Assembly: GCA_003150035.1 (NCBI GenBank)
Contig: QALR01000013.1
Span: forward strand, 12,690-76,689
Length of the DNA stretch: 64,000 nucleotides
Reading direction: 5' to 3'
Origin: Clostridiales bacterium
GTDB taxonomy: Bacteria > Bacillota > Clostridia > Oscillospirales > CAG-272
Part shown: positions 29,127-39,914 of the stretch, in pieces
How positions within the stretch are numbered: position 1 is the stretch's first letter
How the letters are laid out: every line of letters begins with the position of its first letter
Position numbers and translations under genes: made by a program
Notes under the pieces: generated by a model
What the model was told of the DNA's origin: nothing
Seen by the model: the letters and a program-made list of their open reading frames with translations, nothing else
Databases searched by the model: none

Positions 29127-31169
29127 ATGAAACAATCTAAATGGATGTGGTGCCCCGGAGATTTTGAGCTTTATCACGGAATGCTCGTTCACAACAGACG
29201 CACACAGGGCGGTGTTTTTCCCCCGTCCGATGGGGAACCAGTTTCTGGACAGCATGGAACAGCCGCTCTTGGCCCCGTCTACTATCCGCCGATGTGGCGG
29301 GTCGATTCGCCGCGCAGAACCCTTTTTCTCTATAAGGTGGCAATCTTGGAGAAGCCGGAGACGGTGACTTTCTATGCGAATACCGAGCATGCCAGTATTC
29401 TTGCCGACGGTGTGCGCTATCCTGCCGGTGTTACCGTAACGTTGAAGCCCGGGCGCCAGATGGTCAAAATTTTTGCTTATAAGGATGGAGGGCTTCCCGC
29501 GGTTTATTGCGTTGGGGATACCTTTGCCTCTGATGAAACATGGCAGCACGGCTCTTTTGGACTCGGAGATCTTCCTGCCGGAACCAATGATATGTATACG
29601 GAGCTTTCTGACAATCCGGAAGTTTTCAAGTTCGCCTATGAGCGCATTCATCCGGTTTCTTCTGAAAAGGTGCAGGGCGGCATGCTTTTTGATTTTGGCT
29701 GTGAGCGATTCGGAAAGTTGATTTTTGAGAGGGTAACGCCGGCGGACGCAGCCTTCCTTATCGTATGCGGCGAATCCCGCGAAGAGGCGCTCGATCCGGA
29801 AAATGCTATCGTGCTAGTGCGTGCGACAGCAAAAGACGGCGGCTTTGTTTCTTCGGCTGTGGCATTCCGGTATGTGTTTGTGCCGGATTTCGGCGGCAGC
29901 TATGTGTTTTCTGCGGATTTTGAGTACCTTCCGCTTGAGGACAAGGGCGCGTTTCATTCGGATGATGCGCTAGTCAACAAAATTTGGGAGGTGTCCGCTT
30001 ATACCTTGCACCTCAATGCGCGCGAGGGCTTTTTTGACGGAATCAAGCGTGACCGTTGGGTTTGGGGCGGAGATGCGTACCAGAGCTTTTTTGTCAATTA
30101 TTATTTGATGAATGACAACGATATTGTGCGCCGCACGCTGCGAATCCTGCGTGGCGCAGAGCCGATGACCGCCCATATCAATACCATTCCCGATTATACG
30201 TTCTATTGGATCATGGGCATCTGGGAATATTATTTCCACACGGGCGATATTGACTTTGTCCGCGCACTTTATCCGCAGATGCGTTCTACCATGGCGTTTA
30301 TCCGGAGCAGACTGGACGAAGACGGACTTTATACAAAATATAACGGGGATTGGGTTTTTGTCGACTGGTCCAAATTCGACAAGGATTCGGGTCCGTTTTG
30401 CGCCGAACAGATGCTGCTCTGTCGCGCCTATACCTGTATGGCAAGTTGTGCGGCGCTTCTTGGGTACGCTGAAGAGGAAATTACCTACCGGGCGGAAGCT
30501 TCTTCTCTTGAGGAAAAAATCAACGCGCGCTATTGGGATGAGGAAAAGGGCGGCTTTGTGGACGATTACAAAACCGGCAACCGGAATATTACCCGTCATG
30601 CCAATATCTTTGCGCTGCTCTATGATTTGACAAGTGAGGAGCGAAAGGCGAAGATCATTACCCATGTCATCAAAAATAAGGAAATCCGCCCGATTACAAC
30701 GCCGTATTTTGAATTCTTTGAACTTGACGCGATGTGCCAAATCGGGGAATTTGATTATATGACGGATATGCTTCACAGCTATTGGGGCGGCATGATTCGT
30801 CTCGGAGCCACCACGATTTGGGAGGAATATTTCCCGGATAGAGAGGGTGCGGAGCATTATGCGATGTACGGGCGTCCCTATGGCAAAAGTCTTTGCCATG
30901 CGTGGGGAGCATCACCGATTTATCTTCTCGGCAAGTATGCACTCGGCGTGCGTCCGACCTCCCCGGCTTATGCGACCTATGAGGTAAGGCCGAATCTTAT
31001 GTGCTTCGGAAGCATTTCTGGCAAGGTTCCGACACCGAATGGGGTGGTGGAGGTTTCCATGGATAAAACCGGCGTGACTGTGCGTGCGGATGTGGACGGA
31101 GGAACGCTTGTCATCGCAGATAAGACCTATCCCATTGAAAAGGGAAGCGTGTTGACGGTTCAATATTAA
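29127..31169 (+). CDS. GH78-like alpha-L-rhamnosidase family protein
   Basis: Six-hairpin domain segment DGIKRDRWVWGGDAYQS and C-terminal beta domain. Fits the rhamnose gene context elsewhere in the window. Confidence 0.55.
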   Translation: MKQSKWMWCPGDFELYHGMLVHNRRTQGGVFPPSDGEPVSGQHGTAALGPVYYPPMWRVDSPRRTLFLYKVAILEKPETVTFYANTEHASILADGVRYPAGVTVTLKPGRQMVKIFAYKDGGLPAVYCVGDTFASDETWQHGSFGLGDLPAGTNDMYTELSDNPEVFKFAYERIHPVSSEKVQGGMLFDFGCERFGKLIFERVTPADAAFLIVCGESREEALDPENAIVLVRATAKDGGFVSSAVAFRYVFVPDFGGSYVFSADFEYLPLEDKGAFHSDDALVNKIWEVSAYTLHLNAREGFFDGIKRDRWVWGGDAYQSFFVNYYLMNDNDIVRRTLRILRGAEPMTAHINTIPDYTFYWIMGIWEYYFHTGDIDFVRALYPQMRSTMAFIRSRLDEDGLYTKYNGDWVFVDWSKFDKDSGPFCAEQMLLCRAYTCMASCAALLGYAEEEITYRAEASSLEEKINARYWDEEKGGFVDDYKTGNRNITRHANIFALLYDLTSEERKAKIITHVIKNKEIRPITTPYFEFFELDAMCQIGEFDYMTDMLHSYWGGMIRLGATTIWEEYFPDREGAEHYAMYGRPYGKSLCHAWGASPIYLLGKYALGVRPTSPAYATYEVRPNLMCFGSISGKVPTPNGVVEVSMDKTGVTVRADVDGGTLVIADKTYPIEKGSVLTVQY

Positions 31170-31174
31170 ACGAG

Positions 31175-31220
31175 GAAGAACGGAATGAAGTCTGTTTTGG
31201 CGGATTTCCGTTCTTTTTTT
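31175..31220 (+). terminator. rho-independent terminator after the GH78-like gene
   Basis: Stem gaagaacggaa ... ttccgttc followed by T7. Confidence 0.6.
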
Positions 31221-31299
31221 GTGCGAAAAAACGTAAAACGCCATTTATGGCCGTTCATGTATAAAATGTAATGGATTCTAAAACTTTTCATGAATTCTA

Positions 31300-31345
31300 T
31301 TGACAGGGAGTCGTTTTTTCTCATAGAATTGCTAACAGTGTTAGC
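31300..31345 (+). promoter_or_regulatory. sigma-A-type promoter plus a palindromic operator upstream of the marR-ABC operon
   Basis: TTGACA (31300-05), 18 nt, TAGAAT (31324-29), immediately followed by the perfect palindrome GCTAACA-G-TGTTAGC (31331-45). Confidence 0.5.
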
Positions 31346-31384
31346 GATATGACATGAGATATGTAAGAAGAGGAGGACAGCTTC

Positions 31385-31987
31385 ATGGATTATGAGAAGC
31401 TTGCGGCGGAATTCATGGATATCCTGCCGAAGCTGCTTCAAATTCCCATGCAGAAGGATGCCGACAGGCTAGTGCGGGGAGAAATGTTCGCGCTGAGATA
31501 TTTGTTTGAGGAAGGTCCGCAGACTCCGGGAAAAATCAGCGAAAAAATGAATATCAGCACAGCGCGTACGGCAAAGCTTCTTGCCGTATTGGAGGCAAAG
31601 GGATTTCTTGTTCGAGTGCCGGATGGAGCCGATAAGCGAAAAAGCCGTGTGACCCTGACGGAGAAGGGAGCGCGGCATATTGCCGCCCACAGAAAGCTTT
31701 TTCTGAGGATGGTCACCGACATGATGAAAGCGCTTGGAGAGCATGACGCGCTCGAATATGTGCGTATCACCAGGCGGGTTTTAGAAAATGCCGCCGTCGG
31801 AAAGGAAGAACGGGTTTTTGACCCTCTTTCCCATAAGGCGCCTGCACCGTCATGTGACGCTGCGGGGGATAGAAAAGCTAGCCAGAGCCTTTCATCGCCT
31901 GCTGAATGCGAAAAGGAACCATCCGCCGGAGAGGCGGGAAACTTCTCGACCGAGTTATATTCAAAGAAAGGAAAGGGACAGAAATGA
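31385..31987 (+). CDS. MarR-family transcriptional regulator with a C-terminal extension
   Basis: wHTH core (ISTARTAKLLAVLEAKGFLVRVPDGADKRKSRVTLTEKG). Its stop overlaps the next ATG (ATGA). Confidence 0.8.
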   Translation: MDYEKLAAEFMDILPKLLQIPMQKDADRLVRGEMFALRYLFEEGPQTPGKISEKMNISTARTAKLLAVLEAKGFLVRVPDGADKRKSRVTLTEKGARHIAAHRKLFLRMVTDMMKALGEHDALEYVRITRRVLENAAVGKEERVFDPLSHKAPAPSCDAAGDRKASQSLSSPAECEKEPSAGEAGNFSTELYSKKGKGQK

Positions 31988-33747
31988 TTCGAATTTTCAG
32001 ACATTTAAGAACAAAGGAATGGTGCTTTGTCATTCTCAGCGTTCTGTTTATTGTTGCACAGGTTTGGTTAGATCTCCGTCTCCCGGAATATATGACGGAA
32101 ATTACCGCGCTTGTGCAAACAGAAGGCAGTGAGATGGCGGAAATCTATTCCGCCGGCGGGAAAATGCTGCTGTGCGCTCTGGGAAGCCTCATCACGTCTG
32201 TTGTTGTCGGTTTTTTTGCCGCACAAGTAGCCGCGAACCTGTCGAGACGTCTGCGGCGGGAAATCTTTGAGAAGGTAGAATCCTTTTCTATGGAGGAAAT
32301 CTCTGGATTTTCAACAGACAGCCTCATTACGCGCTCGACCAATGATATTACCCAGATCGAAATGATTGTGGCAATGGGACTTCAGCTCATTGTCAAGGCG
32401 CCGATTATGGCGGTGATGGCGATTCTGAAAATTCAGGATAAAGGGACATGGCAGTGGTCGGCCCTTACCGCATGTGCAGTTGTGCTGCTCGTGACAACAA
32501 TCCTCATCATTATGTTTTATTCAGTTCCAAAGTTCAAGCGGATTCAGGGGCTGACCGACAATCTCAACCGCGTGTCGAGAGAAAATCTCACAGGCCTGCG
32601 CGTTGTCCGCGCATACAATGCCGAGACGTATCAGGAAGAAAAATTTGACAGAGCAAATGAGGAGCTTACCGGAACCCATTTGAAGGCACAAAGGGCCATG
32701 CAGGTGATGAGTCCGATGATGAGCCTTGTCATGAATGGAATTACACTTGGAATCTATTGGATCGGCGCCTATTTGATTGATGCCGCGGGAATCTCCGACA
32801 AGCTTCCGATCTTCTCCAATATGGTTGTTTTTTCGTCGTATGCGATGCAGGTCATCATGGCGTTCACCATGCTCACGATGATTTTTATTATGTTGCCGAG
32901 AGCTGCCGTATCCGCGAAGCGCATCGAGGAAGTGTTGGATACGAAGCCCACGATTTTGGATGGGACTGCAAGCAGCGGCGAGGTCGGACTTTGCGGCGAG
33001 GTGGAGTTCCGACATGTCAGCTTCAAATATCCGGATGCGGAGGATTATGTTCTTCATGATATCAGCTTTACTGCGCATAAAGGAGAAACGGTTGCCTTTA
33101 TCGGTGCGACGGGAAGCGGGAAAAGCACGATTGTCAATCTTGTCGCGAGATTTTATGATGCAACGGAGGGGGAGGTCCTTGTTGACGGAATCAACGTCAA
33201 GGATTATCGGCTGAGGGACCTTTACAACAAGCTCGGCTATGTGCCGCAGCGGGCGGTGCTGTTCTCCGGTACAGTGAAATCAAACGTCGCGTTCGGGGAT
33301 AACGGGAAGCCGCCGGCGGACGAAACGGAGATCGCAGCGGCGGTCCGTACGGCGCAGAGCGCCGACTTTGTGGAAAGGCTTGAGGGGCAATATGATGGCG
33401 CCGTCGCGCAGGGAGGCGCGAATTTCTCCGGCGGACAAAAGCAGCGGCTTTCCATTGCAAGGGCAATCTGCCGTAAGCCGGAAATTTACATTTTTGACGA
33501 CTCGTTCTCTGCATTGGATTATAAAACGGACAGGGTCCTGCGCTCCGCGCTGAAAAAAGAAACGGCGGGCGTGACGAGCTTGATTGTAGCCCAGAGAATC
33601 GGGACGATCAAGGACGCGGACCGTATTATTGTTATCGATGAGGGCAGAGCGGTCGGCATCGGAACGCATGACGAGCTGATGGCATCCTGCGACGTTTATC
33701 GCGAGATTGCCTTGTCACAGCTTTCAAAGGAGGAACTTGGCGCATGA
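31984..33747 (+). CDS. ABC exporter, fused permease/ATPase (first of two, likely heterodimer partner)
   Basis: 6-TM domain, Walker A GATGSGKST, signature FSGGQKQR, Walker B IYIFDD. Confidence 0.85.
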   Translation: MIRIFRHLRTKEWCFVILSVLFIVAQVWLDLRLPEYMTEITALVQTEGSEMAEIYSAGGKMLLCALGSLITSVVVGFFAAQVAANLSRRLRREIFEKVESFSMEEISGFSTDSLITRSTNDITQIEMIVAMGLQLIVKAPIMAVMAILKIQDKGTWQWSALTACAVVLLVTTILIIMFYSVPKFKRIQGLTDNLNRVSRENLTGLRVVRAYNAETYQEEKFDRANEELTGTHLKAQRAMQVMSPMMSLVMNGITLGIYWIGAYLIDAAGISDKLPIFSNMVVFSSYAMQVIMAFTMLTMIFIMLPRAAVSAKRIEEVLDTKPTILDGTASSGEVGLCGEVEFRHVSFKYPDAEDYVLHDISFTAHKGETVAFIGATGSGKSTIVNLVARFYDATEGEVLVDGINVKDYRLRDLYNKLGYVPQRAVLFSGTVKSNVAFGDNGKPPADETEIAAAVRTAQSADFVERLEGQYDGAVAQGGANFSGGQKQRLSIARAICRKPEIYIFDDSFSALDYKTDRVLRSALKKETAGVTSLIVAQRIGTIKDADRIIVIDEGRAVGIGTHDELMASCDVYREIALSQLSKEELGA

Positions 33748-35537
33748 CACGAGGGATGCAGCATAAAAAAAGGGGCTTGTCAGAAAGACCCGTTAATTTT
33801 AAGAAATCCATAGGGAAGCTTGTTTCCTTCTGCCGCCCGTATATTCCTGCTATTCTTGTTGCGATGGCCTGTGCGCTCGCAAGCGCGGTGCTTACGGTTA
33901 TCGGGCCGGATAAGGTAAGCGAGCTTACGGGACTTATCGAGGAGGGCTTTCTCTCCGGTATCGATTTTGAGGCGGTACTTACCATTTGCTATACTTTAAT
34001 TGCGTTTTATGCCGCAAGCGCTCTTCTCGGATTGACACAGGGACTTGTTATGACGACGGTTAACCAGACCGTTTCCAAAAATCTGCGCCGTTCGATTTCG
34101 AGAAAAATCAACCGGCTTCCGATGGATTATTACAACAAAACCAGCTTTGGCGACGTGCTGTCCCGCATCACCAACGATGTGGACACGATCAGCGAAACGT
34201 TGCAGCGCAGTATCGTTCAGATGGTTTCCGCCGCGGCGCTTTTTATCGGGTGCCTCGTTATGATGTTCCGGACGAACTGGATTATGGCCGTCACTGCGAT
34301 TGCCGCCTCTCTGATTGGGTTTGCGTTTGTGACGATTGTGACAAAAAGCTCCCAGAAATATTTTATCGCGCGTCAGGAATGGCTCGGCAAAATCAACGGG
34401 CATATTGAGGAGGTATATTCCGGACACAGTATCGTCCGTCTTTACAATGCGGAGGAGCAGCAAAGTCACGCTTTTAACGGAATGAATGAAAAGCTTTACG
34501 AGTGTAATTGGAAGTCTCAGTTCTTTTCGGGACTCATGATGCCGGTTATGAGCTTTATCGGCAATTTCGGTTATGTGGCGGTCTGTGTGGTCGGTGCGAT
34601 GCTTGCTATGAACGACAGAATCGATTTCGGCGTGATTGTTGCCTTTATCATTTATGTCAGGCTGTTTTCAAGCCCGCTTTCTCAGATCGCACAGGCGATG
34701 ACGAGCCTGCAATCCACGGCGGCAGCGTCAGAACGGGTATTTGACTTCCTCGAAGCGCCGGAAATGCCGGATGAATCGGAAAAAACAACGGTTCTGAAAG
34801 ACGTGCGCGGCGAGGTCGAATTTGACCATGTGTATTTTGGGTATGACAGCGATAACATTATCATCCATGACTTCTGCGAGCATATCTATCCCGGGCAAAA
34901 AGTCGCCATTGTAGGACCGACCGGCGCCGGTAAGACGACAATGGTCAATCTTCTGATGCGCTTTTATGATGTCACAAGCGGAGAAATCAAAATCGACGGT
35001 GTGCCGACAAGCTCCCTTACGAGGGAGAACGTCCACGCTTTGTTCGGCATGGTGCTTCAGGATACGTGGCTTTTTGAGGGGACCATCCGGGAAAATGTCG
35101 TATACGGCAAGGAGAATATCAGTGACGAGCAGGTAGAGAGAGCTTGTCGCGCAGTCGGGATGCATCATTTTATTAAAACGCTTCCGCATGGATACGACAC
35201 GGTGATCGACGACAAGATGAATCTTTCTGCCGGACAAAAGCAGCTCCTTACCATTGCGCGCGCTATGATTGAAAATGCGCCGATGATTATTCTTGACGAG
35301 GCGACAAGCTCTGTCGATACCCGAACGGAGGTTCTTATTCAGAACGCGATGGACAGGATGACGCAGGGCAGGACGTCGTTTGTCATTGCACACCGGCTTT
35401 CCACTATCCGGAATTCGGATAAAATCCTTGTGATGAAAGACGGAAATATTATTGAGAGCGGCAATCACGAGGAACTGATGGCAAAAGGCGGTTTCTATGC
35501 CGACCTATACAACAGTCAGTTTGAGGATGCTTCGTAA
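33744..35537 (+). CDS. ABC exporter, fused permease/ATPase (second of two, likely heterodimer partner)
   Basis: Walker A GPTGAGKTT, signature LSAGQKQL, Walker B IILDEATS. Overlaps the upstream gene by 4 nt. Confidence 0.85.
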   Translation: MTRGMQHKKRGLSERPVNFKKSIGKLVSFCRPYIPAILVAMACALASAVLTVIGPDKVSELTGLIEEGFLSGIDFEAVLTICYTLIAFYAASALLGLTQGLVMTTVNQTVSKNLRRSISRKINRLPMDYYNKTSFGDVLSRITNDVDTISETLQRSIVQMVSAAALFIGCLVMMFRTNWIMAVTAIAASLIGFAFVTIVTKSSQKYFIARQEWLGKINGHIEEVYSGHSIVRLYNAEEQQSHAFNGMNEKLYECNWKSQFFSGLMMPVMSFIGNFGYVAVCVVGAMLAMNDRIDFGVIVAFIIYVRLFSSPLSQIAQAMTSLQSTAAASERVFDFLEAPEMPDESEKTTVLKDVRGEVEFDHVYFGYDSDNIIIHDFCEHIYPGQKVAIVGPTGAGKTTMVNLLMRFYDVTSGEIKIDGVPTSSLTRENVHALFGMVLQDTWLFEGTIRENVVYGKENISDEQVERACRAVGMHHFIKTLPHGYDTVIDDKMNLSAGQKQLLTIARAMIENAPMIILDEATSSVDTRTEVLIQNAMDRMTQGRTSFVIAHRLSTIRNSDKILVMKDGNIIESGNHEELMAKGGFYADLYNSQFEDAS

Positions 35538-35543
35538 AAAATA

Positions 35544-35576
35544 AAAAGCGCGGTTCCGGAGAAACCGCGCTTTTTT
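35544..35576 (+). terminator. rho-independent terminator of the ABC operon
   Basis: gcgcggtt / aaccgcgc stem followed by T6. Confidence 0.75.
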
Positions 35577-35747
35577 CAGAGAGACGGATCTTTTCCCTGA
35601 AACATAAGTCTCTTAAGAGATTTTAAGGTTTTTTTAAGAGACTTGATAATTTTGCGGGATTTGGTATAATATAAATATTGAAAGAGATGAAAAAATCCTC
35701 CGAAAAAGCGAGGGACCTTTCCTTTTTATCTCTGCTTGGGAGGGCGT

Positions 35748-36113
35748 ATGAGACTTATTGGAAACATTTTATGGATTTTATTATGTGGATTCTGGCTTTT
35801 TCTTGAATGGGCGCTTGTGGGACTTCTCTGGTGCATCACGATTGTCGGCATCCCGTTCGGCGTGCAGTGCTTGAAAATGGCAGGACTAATGCTTGCCCCG
35901 TTTGGTAAACAGGTTATCTACGGCGGCGGGGTGGTATCCCTGCTCGTCAACATCCTTTGGCTGATTTTCGGAGGCTTTGCCCTTGTTATCAGTTCGGCGC
36001 TGCTTGGACTTGTCCTTTGCGTTACCATTATTGGAATTCCGTTCGGTAAGCAATGCTTTAAGTTTGCCAAGCTTGCGCTTATGCCGTTTGGCGCATCGGT
36101 GGTACGTGTCTGA
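35748..36113 (+). CDS. yccF: YccF-domain inner membrane protein
   Basis: Duplicated motif ITIVGIPFG.QC.K.A.L.L.PFG. Confidence 0.75.
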   Translation: MRLIGNILWILLCGFWLFLEWALVGLLWCITIVGIPFGVQCLKMAGLMLAPFGKQVIYGGGVVSLLVNILWLIFGGFALVISSALLGLVLCVTIIGIPFGKQCFKFAKLALMPFGASVVRV

Positions 36114-36344
36114 AAGGAAGTTCCGTTGGCTTTTCTTCTATGCTCCTCATGTGCGGCTTTTCTGTTTTGGAAAAGCCGCATTTTTCCATGCAGAAGGCTG
36201 GAACGCGTGTTTTTTTGCGTTCCCAGCGCTTCAAACGGACAAATTCGGCGCAAGCCCGATTTTTATCTTTCGAGAGGGCATGGCTTCATGATGTCCGAAT
36301 TTTCTTTTCCGGCATATACTGTCGGTGAAGGAGGTGAAAAAGAA

Positions 36345-36863
36345 ATGAATATGGGTAATTGCATGAACAGATGGAATGACCGTTCGCAGGGAAGATGCGG
36401 CTGTGGCTGCGGCAATTCAAATGCCGGGACGCTTTGTGTCGGAACCTCCGGGAACAGAGATACCGGAGCGCCGCTTGTAACGGATCTTGCCGGTGCGACG
36501 GAAAGAAACGGAAACTTTCGTAAAGTGTTTTGGACCGGAGAGAATCTTCAGGTAACGCTGATGAGCTTGAATCCGGGTGAAGATATCGGACTTGAAAGAC
36601 ATGAGGATACCGATCAGCTCCTTTTCGTTACGAGCGGCGATGGAATCGTTCAGACCGGGAACTGCCGGAACAATTTGTGTCAGTGCCGAGCTTCTGCGGG
36701 AACAGGAATTTTTGTTCCTGCCGGGACATGGCATAATTTGACGAATACCGGCACGACGCCCCTGAAGTTGTTTTCTGTCTACGCGCCGCCGGAACATCCG
36801 CGCGGTCTTGTCGAAGAAACGAAGCCCTGTGCCGCCAGGAGACGCTGTGGGTGCCGATCGTAA
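36345..36863 (+). CDS. cupin-domain protein with Cys/Gly-rich termini
   Basis: Cupin core (GEDIGLERHEDTDQLLFVTSGDG ... AGTWHNLTNTG). GAAGGAGGTG lies upstream of the ATG at 36345. Confidence 0.7.
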   Translation: MNMGNCMNRWNDRSQGRCGCGCGNSNAGTLCVGTSGNRDTGAPLVTDLAGATERNGNFRKVFWTGENLQVTLMSLNPGEDIGLERHEDTDQLLFVTSGDGIVQTGNCRNNLCQCRASAGTGIFVPAGTWHNLTNTGTTPLKLFSVYAPPEHPRGLVEETKPCAARRRCGCRS

Positions 36864-36874
36864 AAACAGAGCAG

Positions 36875-36905
36875 AGGAGGACTCCTTTCGGGGTCCTCCC
36901 TTTTT
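36875..36905. terminator. bidirectional terminator between the cupin and GH94 genes
   Basis: ggaggactcc / ggggtcctcc stem followed by T5. Confidence 0.6.
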
Positions 36906-39810
36906 AAAGCAGAATTTCAACAGTGTGAACTTTCCCGTCATGGGGACATGGGAGCCGTCCGTGGAAGGGGCTCCCGTCAAAGGCAAAGACGGTCCCGGCG
37001 CCTGCCCTTGCGAATCCCAGACGCTTCCGGATATGTACGTCAAGGGTTGTGTCTTTTGTTTTTACGGTGTAGGATACGGTTTCCATATCCGGCGGCAAAA
37101 GCGGAGAAAAGACGATTTCCGTGCCTGTGTATGAAAAACCGAGCATTTCCGATATTGTGAGGCTGAGCCAGCTTGCCGTGCCGGACAGCATGGGGCCAAT
37201 ATTTTCTCCGGTGCGGCTGTTGTTGTACTGCGTGCAGAAGCGCGGATTGCCTTTTGTGATAAAGGGATGCTCCATGGTTTTATAGGGGAGTACGGTGTCT
37301 ACCGCAAAATAGGCAAGACGGGAAAGGCGGGCCGCGGTCGCCGTGTCCGATACGGTTTTTGCCGCGCAAAGAGCGGCGCATGCCGCCATCATTGCCGCAT
37401 GCTTGAACACACCGCCGTTCTCTCTGTCGCCGGGGAAATAAGCATCCGCAGCGCCTCCCCTGGCAAGCCGTTCGAGATGGCACGGCGTACATAGCTTGAT
37501 GCCGGCGTCTGTGACAAGATAGGCTTCAATCCTGTCCAGCATGGTATGGATTTGCGCCTCACTTGCCACTCCGGATAAAATCGACCAGCTGAATGAGTTG
37601 AGAAAATACGTGCCGGGAATCTTTTCATCGGCGCTGAGCCCGTCGCCCGCAGCACCGAGATAGGTATAGCCGCCGTCTCTTGTTCCGCCGACAAGAACTC
37701 GCGCGAAAAAATCATTCTTCCAACAGCAGGACCTGATTTTCTCTGCAAGAGATGCGGAATATGCCTCCATCTTTTCCTGGCAGGAGGCGTCTCCCGCTAG
37801 TGTGGCGAGTTTGGCAATGTTGTCGTATGCGATTTTCAGCAGGAAAGCGTTCATTACGCTTTCGGAATAAGAGCTTTGCAGCGGCGCCCCGTAGGGCTCG
37901 CCTGTCCGGGCAAGCTGCGCAAGATAGCGTCTCTCCTTTTCGGGACCGTCGATCCAATCGTCGTCCACCTTCAGGCAATCGTTCCAATCCGCTTTGTCAA
38001 GCAGCGGCAGTCCGTGTGCGCCGACGGAAATACGTCCGCTGTAGGTGACGATGGCAAGCAGTGTTTCCATAACCGTACGGCGGCAGCCCTCCTTGCCGGC
38101 TATCGGATACGATTCGGAAAGAAACGCCGTGTCCTGCGTCAGGCAAACATACCGATAGACAGCTTGGACGAGCCATAAGCCATCGTCCGAGCACATGCCC
38201 GGCTCCTTTCCGGTCTCATAAAAGTTATGATTGGCATAGCCCATTTCCCATACGTTGGAGAGCCATTCGCCGAGCATCCCGCGGGCAAGCTCGTCTTCTC
38301 CCATGCCGATGATATAGGGAAGAGAGGCAAACATATCCTGTATCTCACGGAACCCGATTTCCCGGTACGCTTTCTGTGTCCATGCAAAGGAGCGGGACAC
38401 ATAGGATTGATAATACACCTGGAACGGCAGATTTCGGTTGACGTAGGCATCAAAGAGAGTATTTCCCGTTTTGACCTGCAGAAAACCGGCATAGCGCTCG
38501 GAAAATGCTTTCACACGGGCGAGCGCCTCCTCTGCGGCATGGGGCTTCCGATAGGTCTCGACAAGGCGGGCAAGCATTCCGGAGACGGTATCGTTTGAGC
38601 CTCCTTTTGTGATGGTCATGCCGACAAGACAGTCCGCGGCGCGCGTCCCGCCTGCGGGGAGCGGGAGCTTCTTCGAGATGGCAAAAAACGGGACAATCTT
38701 AGTCGTATGGGAACAGGAAAGATGCGCTGCGTTCTGCGGATGATACAGCGTTCCGTTGCCGATAAAATCAGAGTAGCTTGCTGTGTATTCATCCATGAAT
38801 TCTCCCTCGGAAACAAGCAGGGCAAAGCGCTTATAGGGTTTTAAATATTGCGGGTGTGGGTTCGGCGAGAGGACTGCCGGCACTCCGTCTATTTTCCAGA
38901 TGCCGCTTTCCCACGTTACGCTCGCATAAATAATGTCGTTCATCGCGGATTCCGGCGTGGCAAGTCCAAACATGCCGGTAAAGACGATTTTGATAATTCG
39001 TTCGCGGCCCGTCTTATTCTCAATGGTGACATGCTGCATCTCAACCGCCTCTGGCATTCCTTCCTCCTGCGGCAGGATAAAGATCGTGCGTACAATGCGA
39101 AGCCCGCATTTCGTTTCATACGTAATCACGGTATGGTTCTGTGAATGGCGGCAGATGGCGGAGCCGACATTGGTTTTCGCGTCGGCGGAATAAAAGATGA
39201 CCTCCCCGTTTTCGATAAGATAGAACTGTCGGTTGCAGGGCTCGCCGTTTTCCTCGGGGATCAGATTGTAACGCGTAGACGTGACCTGTCTTGCCGCCGT
39301 CCCGCGGAAGGAACCTCGTCCGAGAGAATCGAGCGCGCCCTTGGGGGTGGTGAGAAGAGGCGATGAGAAGCCGATCCGATTGCCGATAAGAAGATTGACA
39401 TCAAAGTGCGTGCCGATTTTGCCCGCTTTCAAATCGATCAGATGATCTCCATTTTCATCCAATTTGCCGGCGCTCCCGCAGACGGAAGCATATAGCGTGC
39501 ACAAAGCCTCTGCGATTTCGGCGGGAAGCGGCGCTTCGCCCGGTTCGGTCAGGTGGCGCACGGTGTCGCCGAATAAAAAGAGGCTGTTTTGCTCCGAAAA
39601 CGATTCGAGATAGCGGGCAGTCAGAGGAAAATTCAGGATATATTCGGAAAGCGGCGCGTAAAACGGGAGTCCGGCGGCGCCGATCACCTTTCCGGAAAGA
39701 GATAGGTAAGAGGCGCAGAACGCGCCGGTGACGGAACTGCCAAATATTTTGCAGAGCACGTCTTCGGGACCTCCCGTGCAGGATCTGGCGGTTTCTCTTG
39801 TGAGCTTCAT
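36904..39810 (-). CDS. GH94-family glycoside phosphorylase-like protein (cellobiose/chitobiose phosphorylase family)
   Basis: 968 aa. The family-typical motifs ADWNDCL and RENGGVFKHAAMM appear in the expected order. Confidence 0.75.
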   Translation of the reverse strand: MKLTRETARSCTGGPEDVLCKIFGSSVTGAFCASYLSLSGKVIGAAGLPFYAPLSEYILNFPLTARYLESFSEQNSLFLFGDTVRHLTEPGEAPLPAEIAEALCTLYASVCGSAGKLDENGDHLIDLKAGKIGTHFDVNLLIGNRIGFSSPLLTTPKGALDSLGRGSFRGTAARQVTSTRYNLIPEENGEPCNRQFYLIENGEVIFYSADAKTNVGSAICRHSQNHTVITYETKCGLRIVRTIFILPQEEGMPEAVEMQHVTIENKTGRERIIKIVFTGMFGLATPESAMNDIIYASVTWESGIWKIDGVPAVLSPNPHPQYLKPYKRFALLVSEGEFMDEYTASYSDFIGNGTLYHPQNAAHLSCSHTTKIVPFFAISKKLPLPAGGTRAADCLVGMTITKGGSNDTVSGMLARLVETYRKPHAAEEALARVKAFSERYAGFLQVKTGNTLFDAYVNRNLPFQVYYQSYVSRSFAWTQKAYREIGFREIQDMFASLPYIIGMGEDELARGMLGEWLSNVWEMGYANHNFYETGKEPGMCSDDGLWLVQAVYRYVCLTQDTAFLSESYPIAGKEGCRRTVMETLLAIVTYSGRISVGAHGLPLLDKADWNDCLKVDDDWIDGPEKERRYLAQLARTGEPYGAPLQSSYSESVMNAFLLKIAYDNIAKLATLAGDASCQEKMEAYSASLAEKIRSCCWKNDFFARVLVGGTRDGGYTYLGAAGDGLSADEKIPGTYFLNSFSWSILSGVASEAQIHTMLDRIEAYLVTDAGIKLCTPCHLERLARGGAADAYFPGDRENGGVFKHAAMMAACAALCAAKTVSDTATAARLSRLAYFAVDTVLPYKTMEHPFITKGNPRFCTQYNNSRTGENIGPMLSGTASWLSLTISEMLGFSYTGTEIVFSPLLPPDMETVSYTVKTKDTTLDVHIRKRLGFARAGAGTVFAFDGSPFHGRLPCPHDGKVHTVEILL

Positions 39811-39914
39811 AAGGAATGTCCTCCGGTTGCGTTTGAGATATTCATAAGAGATGCCCTTATTATATCACCGGCGGCGCTGTTTTTCAATCGGTTTATAAAG
39901 ACTTGCTTTGGAAA

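Noticed and set aside
29970-30899. 309-aa minus-strand ORF inside the GH78-like gene
   Set aside because: Antisense shadow frame with no recognisable motifs.
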